From contig JAZUEH010000119.1 of NCBI GenBank assembly GCA_045640065.1, positions 19,075 through 83,074 on the forward strand: DNA of 64,000 nucleotides. Reading direction: 5' to 3'. Below the pieces are notes generated by a model. That model worked only from the letters and a program-made list of their open reading frames with translations. It was not told where the DNA came from and searched no databases. The stretch comes from Bacteroidaceae bacterium (GTDB lineage: Bacteria > Bacteroidota > Bacteroidia > Bacteroidales > Bacteroidaceae). Position 1 is the first letter of the stretch, and each line of letters begins with the position of its first letter. Shown in pieces: positions 8,583-18,531 of this stretch. Both the position numbers and the translations under genes were made by a program.

Positions 8583-9620
8583 TCAGATGATCTGGATACC
8601 GGCCTCGCTGCATCTTGCACGCTGGTCTTCAGGCCAGATACTGGCCTGGATTTCACCTATATGCGCCTTCTGCAGGAAAAGCATGCAGAGACGTGACTGG
8701 CCTATTCCTCCACCAATTGAAAGAGGCAGTTCTCCTGAAAGGAGTTTCCTGTGGAAATACAGATCCTTACGTTGCAGTTGTCCGCATATCTCCAACTGTC
8801 GCAGCATGGACGCGGCATTGACACGGATACCCATTGACGACAGTTCCATGGAACGGTTGAGAATAGGATTCCAGACAAGAAGATCACCGTTGAGTCCAAT
8901 GAAACCGTCTTCATTCGGTGTGCTCCAGTCATCATAGTCAGGAGCACGCAGATCATGAGGCTGGCCATCGGAAAGCTCCGCCCCTATCCCCATTATGAAA
9001 ACAGCGCCATACTTTCTGGTCACCTCATCTTCACGTTGCTTGGCAGAAAGCCCCGGATATTCACGCAACAGTTCTTCAGAATGGATGAAATGGACTTCGC
9101 GCGCCAGGAACGGCTCAAGTTGCGGATATGTCTCCCATATAAGATATTCGGTCCTGAGCATTGCCGAATATATTTTGCGGACAATACGTTTCAGGAAGCC
9201 CACGTTCCTGTCCTCATCCGTTATGGTACGTTCCCAGTCCCACTGGTCAACATACAGGGAATGCAGATTGCCCAGACTCTCATCGGCCCTTATGGCATTC
9301 ATGTCGGTATAGATTCCATAGCCGGCAGGAATCTCATATTCAGAAAGAGTCAGACGTTTCCACTTGGCCAGCGAATGGACCACTTCGGCCTTTGCATCAC
9401 CGAGGTCCTTGATCGGGAAAGTGACTGCACGTTCGACACCGCTCAGATCATCATTGATTCCCATTCCCTGAAGTACGAACAGAGGTGCCGTGACACGGCG
9501 GAGTTGCAGTCCGGTCGACAGGTTCTGCTGGAAAAAATCCTTGATCAGCTTGATTCCCTGTTCGGTCTGTCTCATTGACAGCTTCGGGCTGTAGTGTTCA
9601 GGAATAATAAGATAGCTCAT
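8583..9620 (-). CDS. asnA: Aspartate--ammonia ligase (asparagine synthetase A)
   Basis: 345 aa. Blocks match E. coli AsnA closely: VVHSLAKWKR, YVDQWDWER, DLRAPDYDDWSTP, LNGDLLVWNP, ELSSMGIRV, GGGIGQSRL. Confidence 0.95.
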   Translation of the reverse strand: MSYLIIPEHYSPKLSMRQTEQGIKLIKDFFQQNLSTGLQLRRVTAPLFVLQGMGINDDLSGVERAVTFPIKDLGDAKAEVVHSLAKWKRLTLSEYEIPAGYGIYTDMNAIRADESLGNLHSLYVDQWDWERTITDEDRNVGFLKRIVRKIYSAMLRTEYLIWETYPQLEPFLAREVHFIHSEELLREYPGLSAKQREDEVTRKYGAVFIMGIGAELSDGQPHDLRAPDYDDWSTPNEDGFIGLNGDLLVWNPILNRSMELSSMGIRVNAASMLRQLEICGQLQRKDLYFHRKLLSGELPLSIGGGIGQSRLCMLFLQKAHIGEIQASIWPEDQRARCSEAGIQII

Positions 9621-9643
9621 AGTATTGTGGCATTAATCACCGG

Positions 9644-12600
9644 TCAGTCGTCATACCAGTTCACATAACTGTTCTGGCTGCTGCGTTTCTTGACCTTGAG
9701 AAGGTCAGAAAGCATGCTGGACGTGGCCCGGACGGTGAAATTATATGAAATATACGGTTTCAGAACCATGCTGCACGACATGTTGAAGCAATGCAGATCA
9801 CGGGAGAAGTTCATCGTTGTCATGGTAAAATCGTGATAGACGAAATCCCATCCGGACGAGAAATTGAAATTCCACTTGTTGGTGAGTTTCAGGTTACCGG
9901 ACATGTTGAGACTATGGGTGAATCCCCAGGGATAACGCATCCGTTCAGGATTGATCTCGGCTTTGGTATCTTCCTTCATGCTGATGCCGTATGAAAGTGA
10001 CAACGACCATGGAAGAGAATACTCCACGTATCCGTCATCATCGGTTTTCGCCTGAGCACTGCCTGACGAAGAACCAGCTGATCGCGACCTGGAAGAGGCG
10101 GCCGGACGACGATCCTGGCTATCGGTCAATTCGGAATCCCCATCCGATTCATCATCATCGGACTCCGTACCGGAGAACATGGATGTCAGCTTGTGCCATC
10201 TCTCACTCAGATCGTTGAGAGTATTGTTGTTGAATGTATAGGAGAAATTCTGGCTCATGCCCTGGAAACGGCCGAACCTTCCGTATGACCATTCGGTACG
10301 GTCACCGACCACGACTTTCCCCTGATCATTGAACTCATAGGCGTATGTGGCAAAGACAGCGTTCAGATTAAACGTGTAGCTCTTGCCGAACTTGAGACGT
10401 ATTCTGGTGCTGAGGTTACTCCAAGGCTTCGTTTTCGCCGCCATATTATACGATATTGAAGCACCCAGCTGGTCAATCAGCGAAACGACCTTAGTCTGTA
10501 CGGAATCGCCCGATGGATGTAGCTTCATCTCAAGATTATTGTCCACACTGAGTGAAACGCTTCCCGACTTGCCCTTTCCGGGGACGCCATACATTCCGCT
10601 CTGGTAGGGCGAATATTCCACAGTACGGACTTCACCGTTCCTGTCGGTATAGACGTATGTGTCATAGTATCCGAAACGGGCTGCTCCGAAATCGGGCGTC
10701 ATGCTGTAGCTGAGGGTCGGGGTAAGTACATGCCTGACAGCCACAAGACGATCCGAGAACAGTTTTCTCCAAAGGTCCGTAGGCTGATACATTCCATACA
10801 GCTTCGTATTGGCACTGACGCTCATGTTGTAGTCATATACACGGTTGAAGCCATAGACCGTATCACGCACCGCCATACCTAGCATATCATCCCAATGCTG
10901 GTTTACCTTATACGAATACCACCGTGACGAATAGTTGAATGAAGGAGTCACGTTGATGTTGTTCAGTATCTGGAATGTCGCACTGACAGGAATGGAGTGC
11001 TTCATGCCGTTTTTCCAATCCGTAAGAAGATTCTTATGCATGAGCTCGTCCTCCTTGCAGGTAATGCTGTTGGAAAGGGAACCCGAATATGTGAACGATA
11101 TCTTCTCGTACCACTTTTCCGAACCGGCAGCTTTTTTTTTCTTGAAAGGATATATGCGTTGTAATGATAGGTTCAACGAAGGAAGCGACACCGACAAAGT
11201 GGAATCACGCATATTCTGCGAGAGGTTCATGGATGACGAGAGCGAAAGGCCGATGTCCGGGAAACTGCGAGAATAGCTGACGCTTGAAGTCCTGGTGCTC
11301 TGAGACCTGAGTGACGGGTTGTACAGACTTGTCAGATTTGACGTTTCATAACTCTGGGTTGCATAGTTGACGCTGGCAGAGAAGTTCTGCAAAGGATTGG
11401 CCTTTGAATCCTGGCTGTGTGTCCAACGGACTTTGAAGTCTTTGGATACGGAAAAGTCCGGAAGTCCCTTATCGCCCAGTTTTGTTGTAAGCGAACTCAC
11501 ATAGACATTGCCCGTAAACTTGTACCGTTTCTTGTAGCGCGTCTCGGCAGATACGCCCCACGAACCTTTCGTGAAGACTTCACCAAGAACCTTAAGATCG
11601 AAAAAATCCGAGAGAGCGAAATAATAGCCGCCATCCTTGAGATAGAAGCCGCGTTCCATTTCATCGCCGTAGCTAGGTACGATGATACCCGATGCGTAAT
11701 CGCTTTCCGTGAAGGGGAAGAATCCGAAAGGCAGGAACAGAGGAAGCGGAACGCCCATGACCTCAAGATATGCAGGACCGAACACGACGTCACGTCCCGG
11801 CCTGACCTTGGCACGTGTAATGCGGATGTTGAAATGCGGATCATCCTGATTGTCACAGGTAGTGTATATGCCGTCCTCTATGAAATATTCGCCATCCGGG
11901 CCTTTCTTTGCCTGACTGCTGGTCATGTATCCTTCACCCTGTTGGGTAATGATTTCATTGATGTACCCCTTTTCTGACTTGAAATTGTAGCTAAGATGGT
12001 TGGAATTGTATGGAGTATTCCCGTCATTGAAAACCGGTGCTCCAATCCACTCCCCTGTGCTGTCCTGTACTCCATCCGCATAGACCAGACTACTGTCGAT
12101 CTGCATTTTGATGACCGCAGCTGTCAGTTCTATATTCTGATAATTGACTTTACCTTCTCCGAAAAGCGATGCATATCCTCCTCTTATCCAGGTCATGGAA
12201 TCCTTGGACTCGTAGATCACAGGGGCATCAAGAGCATCCTTCACACGGATACTGTCCAGAACCAGACTGTCAGAAACAATGCTGTCAAAAGCCAGACTGT
12301 CCAACGCCAGGCTGTCCAACGCCAGGCTGTCATATTCCAGACTGTCAAGTGCCAGACTGTCAAGTGCCAGACTGTCAAATGTCAGGCTATCGGAAGTTGG
12401 CAATTCAAGCAGTGTACTGTCCTTAGACAACGATGCGGTACTGTCCGGAAGGGCATGAACTTCAGGCTGGACAGGCTGTGCTACACCCGATACCGCAGAA
12501 TCGGCCATTTCCGGCTCCAGAGGAATGATATCGGATTGCATGACACTGTCTGAAGGCAAACCGGCAGTATCACTGCCCTCAACCCTTCTTCCGACAGAAC

Positions 12601-12685
12601 AGTCTGTGAGAAGGAGAGCCAAAGCCAGCAGGACAGGAATATCGATTGCCGGCTGAATCCTTTTGAGCCAATTTGCCAATTTCAT
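9644..12685 (-). CDS. LptD/OstA-like outer-membrane LPS-assembly protein homologue with N-terminal pentapeptide-repeat region
   Basis: 1013 aa. Size and layout (signal/lipobox-like LLTDCS, OstA-like region VIYESKDSMTW...VNYQNIELTAAVIKM, long beta-rich C-terminus ending in an aromatic residue) fit the Bacteroidales putative LptD family. Assignment is from memory of the family, not a search. Confidence 0.6.
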   Translation of the reverse strand: MKLANWLKRIQPAIDIPVLLALALLLTDCSVGRRVEGSDTAGLPSDSVMQSDIIPLEPEMADSAVSGVAQPVQPEVHALPDSTASLSKDSTLLELPTSDSLTFDSLALDSLALDSLEYDSLALDSLALDSLAFDSIVSDSLVLDSIRVKDALDAPVIYESKDSMTWIRGGYASLFGEGKVNYQNIELTAAVIKMQIDSSLVYADGVQDSTGEWIGAPVFNDGNTPYNSNHLSYNFKSEKGYINEIITQQGEGYMTSSQAKKGPDGEYFIEDGIYTTCDNQDDPHFNIRITRAKVRPGRDVVFGPAYLEVMGVPLPLFLPFGFFPFTESDYASGIIVPSYGDEMERGFYLKDGGYYFALSDFFDLKVLGEVFTKGSWGVSAETRYKKRYKFTGNVYVSSLTTKLGDKGLPDFSVSKDFKVRWTHSQDSKANPLQNFSASVNYATQSYETSNLTSLYNPSLRSQSTRTSSVSYSRSFPDIGLSLSSSMNLSQNMRDSTLSVSLPSLNLSLQRIYPFKKKKAAGSEKWYEKISFTYSGSLSNSITCKEDELMHKNLLTDWKNGMKHSIPVSATFQILNNINVTPSFNYSSRWYSYKVNQHWDDMLGMAVRDTVYGFNRVYDYNMSVSANTKLYGMYQPTDLWRKLFSDRLVAVRHVLTPTLSYSMTPDFGAARFGYYDTYVYTDRNGEVRTVEYSPYQSGMYGVPGKGKSGSVSLSVDNNLEMKLHPSGDSVQTKVVSLIDQLGASISYNMAAKTKPWSNLSTRIRLKFGKSYTFNLNAVFATYAYEFNDQGKVVVGDRTEWSYGRFGRFQGMSQNFSYTFNNNTLNDLSERWHKLTSMFSGTESDDDESDGDSELTDSQDRRPAASSRSRSAGSSSGSAQAKTDDDGYVEYSLPWSLSLSYGISMKEDTKAEINPERMRYPWGFTHSLNMSGNLKLTNKWNFNFSSGWDFVYHDFTMTTMNFSRDLHCFNMSCSMVLKPYISYNFTVRATSSMLSDLLKVKKRSSQNSYVNWYDD
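12250..12395 (-). repeat. In-frame 15-nt tandem repeat (~10 units) encoding (D-S-L/I-x-x)n
   Basis: + strand units ccagactgtcaagtg / ccaggctgtccaacg and similar. They translate to DSLTFDSLALDSLALDSLEYDSLALDSLALDSLAFDSIVSDSLVLDS. Confidence 0.9.
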
Positions 12686-12750
12686 AATCCGCGCGCAAAA
12701 TTATACAATAAATGGCAAAACACCTCCATGAGCATAGTGAAAATGCCCAA

Positions 12751-13320
12751 TTAAAGGAAACGGTCACACCAGACACGGAACTTCGCAACGCCTTCCGGTC
12801 CAAACTTCTCAAGGCTTGCAATTGCCTGCTCCACCGTCTTCTCCTGTGTGGGACGAGTCTTGGAGAAGAACTTGTCGGCAAAGCACACCAACTGTTCCTC
12901 TATGCTGACAGGAATCATTTCCCTGTGCGGGATTGGCATGCTTCTGTCGATTATCTGTTCCAAAGTGAGTCCGGTTCCAGTGTGACGTTCGGCAACAAGA
13001 GCATGCCTTGGAAGTCCCTCATTTCTGAGAATGTCAGCTCCAAGATAACCGTGACATATATAAGGATGCGTACCGAAACAGTGTATCGGAGCAGCATCAG
13101 TCAGGAATATCCCTATGTCATGGAGCATGGCCGCCTGGTATGTGAAAACGGTATCGGCCTCCAGTTCCGGATGTATAAGGGCAATGGCAACCGCCTTGCG
13201 GGCCACGAGCGTGCCGTGAGTGATGAGAAGTTCCATCAAGGGGCGGTTGTCACTGTAATACCGCCCGATGATGGGTTCCCATATGTTTCCGGTTTGTGCC
13301 GGACCGGTCATTTCAGACAT
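12751..13320 (-). CDS. HD/HDIG-domain metal-dependent phosphohydrolase
   Basis: MLHDIGI (HD motif) and ERHTGTGL blocks. The track ORF starts at 13413 inside the upstream gene. The ATG at 13320 (MSEMTG...) lies 5 nt after the beta-galactosidase stop and is the likelier start. Confidence 0.75.
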   Translation of the reverse strand: MSEMTGPAQTGNIWEPIIGRYYSDNRPLMELLITHGTLVARKAVAIALIHPELEADTVFTYQAAMLHDIGIFLTDAAPIHCFGTHPYICHGYLGADILRNEGLPRHALVAERHTGTGLTLEQIIDRSMPIPHREMIPVSIEEQLVCFADKFFSKTRPTQEKTVEQAIASLEKFGPEGVAKFRVWCDRFL

Positions 13321-13325
13321 TCCGG

Positions 13326-16300
13326 TCACTTTGCACGTACAGGACTGATAACGAACGAATAGCTGCGGTCGCCGTAATGCAGTTTGTACGGTTCCAGAGG
13401 TGTTGCGCCCCAACTGTTCACGCAGGCAAGACCGTACTGGGCCTGATCGATGTGTACTACAGCAATATTGCGCGGCTTCAGATCACCGGCATGAAGATTG
13501 CGCTTGGCCGGAGTCTCATCCAGATCGGAAGTCAGATAGTCAAGTGTGGACATACTAAGAGGTATGTCACTGTAGAACTCCAGTCCACAGCCATTATTGT
13601 CAAGAACTTTCCAATAACGGACATCGGTCTTGTTGCCGGTTTCCTGAGGCCTGATATACGGGAAATACTGGTCGCTGACATTTTCCCTGAACAGTCCCAG
13701 AGACTGAGAGCTGTTTCGGTCGCTGTAGTTTTCAACAGGTCCACGGGCATAGTATTCAAGCTTTTCGAAATTACGGTTCATGACCATAGTCATGCCGAAG
13801 CGAAGCATATCCGGCATACGGCGATTGTCCTGAGTGGCATGAGTCAGAAGTGACTGGGTTACCTTCATCTTGCCGTCAGAGGTCAGGACGTATGTCATTT
13901 CCAGATTGCATTCCAGAGCAGCAATTTCATATTTCACGAACACCATAGCGGCTCCATCCTGAAGTCCGCATTCGAACGAAGTCCTGCGCATGTCCGGATT
14001 CTTCCAAGCTGCGAGATTACGCTGCAGACTTGCTCCGAAGTCATTGTCGGTAGCGGCACGCCAGAAGTCGCTCTTGAGCTGGAAACCGTTCTCACTTATC
14101 TGGCGTCCGTCCATGTCAATATAGTCTATCCATCCGCTGTTCTTGTTGAAGGTGTATTTCATTCCGGCAGCCTCAAGGGTAACGTATGCGACAGCTTCGT
14201 CAATCTTAACCGGTTCCATACCATCCAGTCCTGTTCCGAAATCCTTCATGTCGAAGAACTTGTAGTCCCTGTACGCCAGTTGACGATAAGCCACCACATG
14301 ACCGGCCTTGAGCAGAGCTGTCGGCTGGATCAGGCATATCTCGAAATTGACCAGTATCTCCTTATCCTTCGGAGCCCTTTTCAGTGCCTTGGCCAGCTTG
14401 GGGTATACCACATTCTTGCGTTCCTGAGGACCGACGTAAGGAAGTTTCTCTCTTTGGACTCCCTGTGACACACCGTCATACAGGACACTCCAGCGCAATT
14501 CATAATCGGAAAGGTCAACAAAGAAGTTCTCATTGTATATTTCAACCTCTCCCTTTGCCAGAGCCACGGGTTCAATCCATACGTTCTGGTACTGGTAGGC
14601 AACTTCGTATGCATGCGGATTCCAGCGGCGGTCGGGGGCTATCAGTCCGTTGCAGTTGAAATTCTGGTCCGATGTCGGGTATCGGCCATCGTCACCGCCA
14701 TACTGGAATATGAGATCACCATCGGCATTCTCGCCATAGACGGCCTGATCGACAAAATCCCAAATGAAACCGCCCTGAACACTGCGGTTTGCACGTATGA
14801 CATCCCAATATTCCTTGAATCCGCCCTCGGAATTACCCATTGCATGAGCGTATTCACACTCAATGAAAGGACGCGGGTCATTGCCGCGCTCATGACGTTC
14901 CATTGCACCATAGTCAGCATACATGGGACATGCTATGTCACAGTGATCAGGAGAATTGGTGGCTCCCTCATACTGCACCGGACGTGTCTTGTCATAATCC
15001 TTGATCCATTTGTAACAATCTATGAAATTCTGTCCGTCTCCGGTTTCATTACCCATGGACCATACGATAATTGAAGGATGGTTACGGTAAGTTATCACAT
15101 TTGACTGATTGCGCTCCATATGAGTCAACGCGTAATCCGGATTCTTAGCCAGCTGACTGCGTCCATACATCATTCCGTGTCCCTCGACATTGGCCTCGGC
15201 AACCAGATAAATGCCGTATTCATCGCATAAATCGTACCAGCGCGGATCATCGGGATAATGGCTTGTGCGAACAGCATTGATGTTCATTTCCTTCATTATT
15301 CTGATGTCCTCAATCATACGGCTCACAGGCACCACATATCCTCCGGCAGGATCCATTTCATGACGGTCAGCACCCTTGATGAGGACCGGCTGTCCGTTCA
15401 CCAACAGCTGGCGGTTCCTGATTTCCACACTTCTGAAACCGACTTTCTGATCTATGCACTCTATGGTCTTTCCACTGTTGTCAATGAGATTCATCTCAAG
15501 GGTATAGAGGTATGGAGTCTCGGCAGTCCACTTCTTCGGATTGGAAATGTCGAATGACAGTCTCATTGTGGTTCCTCCCTCGCGGAAAATGTTCTGAGAC
15601 CTGAATACCTGATGCCCATCAGCATCAAGCAGACGCAGTTCAAGTCCGCCAGGCTGCTGGCCCTCAAGGCGCAGATTCAGTTCAAGTTTGGCATCACGAT
15701 ACTTGTCATCAAGCTTAGTAATGATACCATAGTCCTGGATATGACGCTCCGGACGACTGTACAGATAGACCTCACGGGCTATGCCTGTGAAGCGCCAGAA
15801 GTCCTGATCTTCCAGATAGCTGCCATCGCACCAGCGCATGACCTGCATGGCTATCAGGTTGTCTTGTCCGAATTCAACGAAATCGGTTATGTCGAATTCA
15901 GCCTCCATCTTGCTGTCCTCGCTGTAACCTACATACTGGCCGTTCACCCACAGGCGCAGATTGGATGTGGCCGAACCGACATGCATTATGACACTCTGCC
16001 CCTCCCAGTCAGCCGGGATTTTGAAAGAACGGCGGTATGAACCGACATAATTTTCACGTTCACCGATATATGGAGGATCAACCCTGTGCTCGTTGTTCCA
16101 CGGATAAGTCACGTTTGTGTATATTCTGTCACCGTATCCGTTCAGTTCAAAAAGACCAGGCACCGGGAAATCCACCCACTGACTGTCATCGAACTCCTTT
16201 TCATGGAAGCCCAGAGGACGGTCATAATAGTTCCTTACAAAATTGAAACGCCACTGGCCCTCAAGTGACATATAGCGGTCCGATGCCGTCTTGTCCCCAC

Positions 16301-16451
16301 CCTGTGCAAGAGCTGTACTTTCATAAGCGAAGAAATCGGCCACTGGAGCCAGACTGTTCACATGATTGACATTGGGGTCAAGCCATTCCTGAGCAGACGA
16401 CATGGATGATACTGCGAGCAGCAGGCCCAACATGAGAGAACTTTTTTTCAT
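13326..16451 (-). CDS. Glycoside hydrolase family 2 beta-galactosidase (LacZ-like), secreted
   Basis: LacZ hallmarks NAVRTSHYP, IVWSMGNE and ECEYAHAMGNS, plus a C-terminal Bgal_small_N-like region. Start chosen at MKKSSLMLGLLLAVSSMSSAQE (signal peptide); the track ORF begins 22 codons upstream at a TTG. Confidence 0.93.
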   Translation of the reverse strand: MKKSSLMLGLLLAVSSMSSAQEWLDPNVNHVNSLAPVADFFAYESTALAQGGDKTASDRYMSLEGQWRFNFVRNYYDRPLGFHEKEFDDSQWVDFPVPGLFELNGYGDRIYTNVTYPWNNEHRVDPPYIGERENYVGSYRRSFKIPADWEGQSVIMHVGSATSNLRLWVNGQYVGYSEDSKMEAEFDITDFVEFGQDNLIAMQVMRWCDGSYLEDQDFWRFTGIAREVYLYSRPERHIQDYGIITKLDDKYRDAKLELNLRLEGQQPGGLELRLLDADGHQVFRSQNIFREGGTTMRLSFDISNPKKWTAETPYLYTLEMNLIDNSGKTIECIDQKVGFRSVEIRNRQLLVNGQPVLIKGADRHEMDPAGGYVVPVSRMIEDIRIMKEMNINAVRTSHYPDDPRWYDLCDEYGIYLVAEANVEGHGMMYGRSQLAKNPDYALTHMERNQSNVITYRNHPSIIVWSMGNETGDGQNFIDCYKWIKDYDKTRPVQYEGATNSPDHCDIACPMYADYGAMERHERGNDPRPFIECEYAHAMGNSEGGFKEYWDVIRANRSVQGGFIWDFVDQAVYGENADGDLIFQYGGDDGRYPTSDQNFNCNGLIAPDRRWNPHAYEVAYQYQNVWIEPVALAKGEVEIYNENFFVDLSDYELRWSVLYDGVSQGVQREKLPYVGPQERKNVVYPKLAKALKRAPKDKEILVNFEICLIQPTALLKAGHVVAYRQLAYRDYKFFDMKDFGTGLDGMEPVKIDEAVAYVTLEAAGMKYTFNKNSGWIDYIDMDGRQISENGFQLKSDFWRAATDNDFGASLQRNLAAWKNPDMRRTSFECGLQDGAAMVFVKYEIAALECNLEMTYVLTSDGKMKVTQSLLTHATQDNRRMPDMLRFGMTMVMNRNFEKLEYYARGPVENYSDRNSSQSLGLFRENVSDQYFPYIRPQETGNKTDVRYWKVLDNNGCGLEFYSDIPLSMSTLDYLTSDLDETPAKRNLHAGDLKPRNIAVVHIDQAQYGLACVNSWGATPLEPYKLHYGDRSYSFVISPVRAK

Positions 16452-16528
16452 ATCCGCATGAATTAGTATGATTTTGTAATTGTTTCTTGAGTGCGAATGT
16501 ACCTTAAAATCAAGCAATACGCAAAAGA

Positions 16529-16560
16529 TTTGCCCAATTTTAGGGAAATGACTACTTTTA
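16529..16560 (+). promoter_or_regulatory. Candidate promoter of the cassette operon (-33 TTTG / -7 TACTTTTA)
   Basis: TTTG at 16529-16532, a 20-nt spacer, then TACTTTTA at 16553-16560 (7/8 match to TAnnTTTG). It lies ~30 nt upstream of the A1 ATG. Confidence 0.3.
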
Positions 16561-16589
16561 CGGAGTAATTGATTCTTTATAAAATAGGT

Positions 16590-18521
16590 ATGTCAACAAA
16601 TATGAAGAAAGCCCTGCCTGTTACGGCGGCAGCGATTGCCTTGTGGGCTGTTCTGGCATTCGTGGAAAAGGCATTTCTCTTCAAGAACGGCGACCTGTCC
16701 CTGTTTCTTTTTGACTGGGCTTCATTGAATGAATCATTCATGATACCCGGCGGCTTCCTGGGTTGGGCAGGATCGTTCTTCACCCAGTTCCTGCTGGTCC
16801 CATGGTTTGGGGCACTGATATGGGTTCTCATGCTGACAGCGGCAGGCATTCTGACCGCACGGACATATGACATTCCTTTCCGGCTGACCCCATTGGCAGC
16901 CATCCCGGTTGCAATTCTGATTATCGGCAACATGTCACTGGGATACGGCATTTACATACTGAAGATGCAGGACTATTTCTTTGCACCCACTCTGGGATAT
17001 CTTCTCATGCTTCTTATCATCAACGTGACATGGAACACGCAGAACACCTGGAAGAGAATGATCTGGCTGGCGGCATCGGCCTTTGCCGGATATCTTCTTG
17101 CAGGGGTGTTTGCTTTGGCTGGAGTCACCGCCGCGGGGCTTGGCTGCATATGTCAGGCAGGAAATGATAATGGAGGCACAAAGTTTTGGAAACGCATTAC
17201 GATGCCTGTATTCTCCATTATCCTGACAATAGCCGCCCCTCTGCTCATGTACGGCCTTTTCACAAGATACCGCTTGATTGACAGCTGGTTCATGGGGCTT
17301 CCGGCCACATCCGAGCAGTCATGGGAATGGCCGGTCCGGCTGCCTTCACTGATTCTGATTGGATTTGCGGTTGTCATGGCACTGTTCCGCCATCGGCCTG
17401 AAAACGCAGGAAAGACGGCAGCAATACCCATTGGCATAGCAGCCGTCACTTTGGGAGCGGTTCTGTTCTTCTGGTTCAAGGATGCGAATTTCAGAACTGA
17501 GCTGAAAATGTCCGAAGCAGCCGACAGAAGCGACTGGAAACGGGTGACTGACATATACGTCAAAGCATCCACGCGCCATTCCGGAAGGGAAGGGAAAACA
17601 TTCGAGAAAATGAAGAAAGAACTTGCCGGACTTACCGATGACTATTCTTATGACATGACAGTCAACCGGTTCAAGGATAAGTTTTTCGAACCCACCAGGC
17701 TGATGGTCCTGCTGCGCGACATGGCACTGCTCAAGCAGGGGCAGGCACTCGACATGGCATTCACCATGCGCAACGGCGGAAAGAATCAGGCCTCGAAATC
17801 CCAGATTCCGATGACTATTCAGGCAGGCCCACAGCTTTACCTTAATATGGGGCTTGTCAACATGGCCTACCGATGGTGTCTTGAAGATCATGTCGAGCAT
17901 GGCTGGAATTACAGTACTCTCCGATTCATGGCCATGCATGCCACAATAATGAATGAACCTGAATTCGCAGACAAGTTCTACGACAAGCTGGACAAGACCC
18001 TGTTCTTCCACAAATGGAGCCGCACGAACAGACCGCTTTCCAGGGATTCCGTCCTCATGGCCAAGGCCATGCCATACTCGGAAATCATACCGTACATGAC
18101 TTTCGGCGACCGCATGTCCACTGACGCCACAATGGCCGAATCATATATTGTCCACCACTTCACCAATGACAGGGACAGTCTGGCCAGCCCTGCATTTGAC
18201 CGTGCAGCACTACTGTTCGCCATGAACTCCAAGGACAGCAAACTGTTCTGGAAAACGCTGTTCGAATACCTCAGCACGTCAGACGACGAAAAGCTTCCAA
18301 AGCATGTTCAGGAAGCCGCCCTTCTTTTCAGCAGTCTTGAAAATGAGAATCTGGGCATTCCGTTTGACAAGAATGTCAGAGACAGTTTCACAGCATTCCA
18401 GAAATATTTCAGCAACTCCGCATATCGCAGCGTGGAAGAAGCGGCATATCCGTTCCTGACAAGGTTCGGGAACACATATTTCTATTACTATTACTTTGTA
18501 CGCAATCTGCAAACATTCTGA
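16590..18521 (+). CDS. Cassette protein A1: uncharacterised polytopic membrane protein (~9-10 TM segments plus ~340-aa soluble helical C-terminal domain)
   Basis: Start set at MSTNMKKALPV by alignment with the paralogues (A2 MTATMKKTLPV, A3 MKTNIRKTFPA). Conserved blocks LSLFLFDW, IPGGFLGWAGSFFTQF, FFAPTLGYL, FFEPTRLM, YRWCLE, FMAMHATIMNEPEFA, FGNTYFYYYY. Possibly the DUF6057-type family (recollection only). Confidence 0.85.
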   Translation: MSTNMKKALPVTAAAIALWAVLAFVEKAFLFKNGDLSLFLFDWASLNESFMIPGGFLGWAGSFFTQFLLVPWFGALIWVLMLTAAGILTARTYDIPFRLTPLAAIPVAILIIGNMSLGYGIYILKMQDYFFAPTLGYLLMLLIINVTWNTQNTWKRMIWLAASAFAGYLLAGVFALAGVTAAGLGCICQAGNDNGGTKFWKRITMPVFSIILTIAAPLLMYGLFTRYRLIDSWFMGLPATSEQSWEWPVRLPSLILIGFAVVMALFRHRPENAGKTAAIPIGIAAVTLGAVLFFWFKDANFRTELKMSEAADRSDWKRVTDIYVKASTRHSGREGKTFEKMKKELAGLTDDYSYDMTVNRFKDKFFEPTRLMVLLRDMALLKQGQALDMAFTMRNGGKNQASKSQIPMTIQAGPQLYLNMGLVNMAYRWCLEDHVEHGWNYSTLRFMAMHATIMNEPEFADKFYDKLDKTLFFHKWSRTNRPLSRDSVLMAKAMPYSEIIPYMTFGDRMSTDATMAESYIVHHFTNDRDSLASPAFDRAALLFAMNSKDSKLFWKTLFEYLSTSDDEKLPKHVQEAALLFSSLENENLGIPFDKNVRDSFTAFQKYFSNSAYRSVEEAAYPFLTRFGNTYFYYYYFVRNLQTF

Positions 18522-18531
18522 ATGTTCCATT

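Noticed and set aside
12250-12395. Short tandem repeats that might look like a CRISPR or other non-coding array
   Set aside because: The units are 15 nt, contiguous without spacers, and in frame within a long ORF. They form a coding pentapeptide repeat.
13321-13413. N-terminal extensions suggested by the ORF track, e.g. HD protein from 13413, beta-galactosidase from 16517, B1 from 18496, B3 from 25468, dnaA from 28565, murF from 58640, folP from 53868
   Set aside because: The extensions overlap the upstream gene or begin at TTG/GTG codons. Downstream ATGs give canonical signal peptides, lipoboxes or family N-termini, so shorter coordinates were reported.
17346-18011. Long antisense ORFs inside real genes: 17346-18011, 22599-23282, 38573-39220, 39338-40060, 55810-56505 and similar
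   Set aside because: Each lies fully within a longer opposite-strand ORF that has clear family motifs (A1, B2, dxs, trkA, ade). None shows recognisable motifs or a plausible start context.
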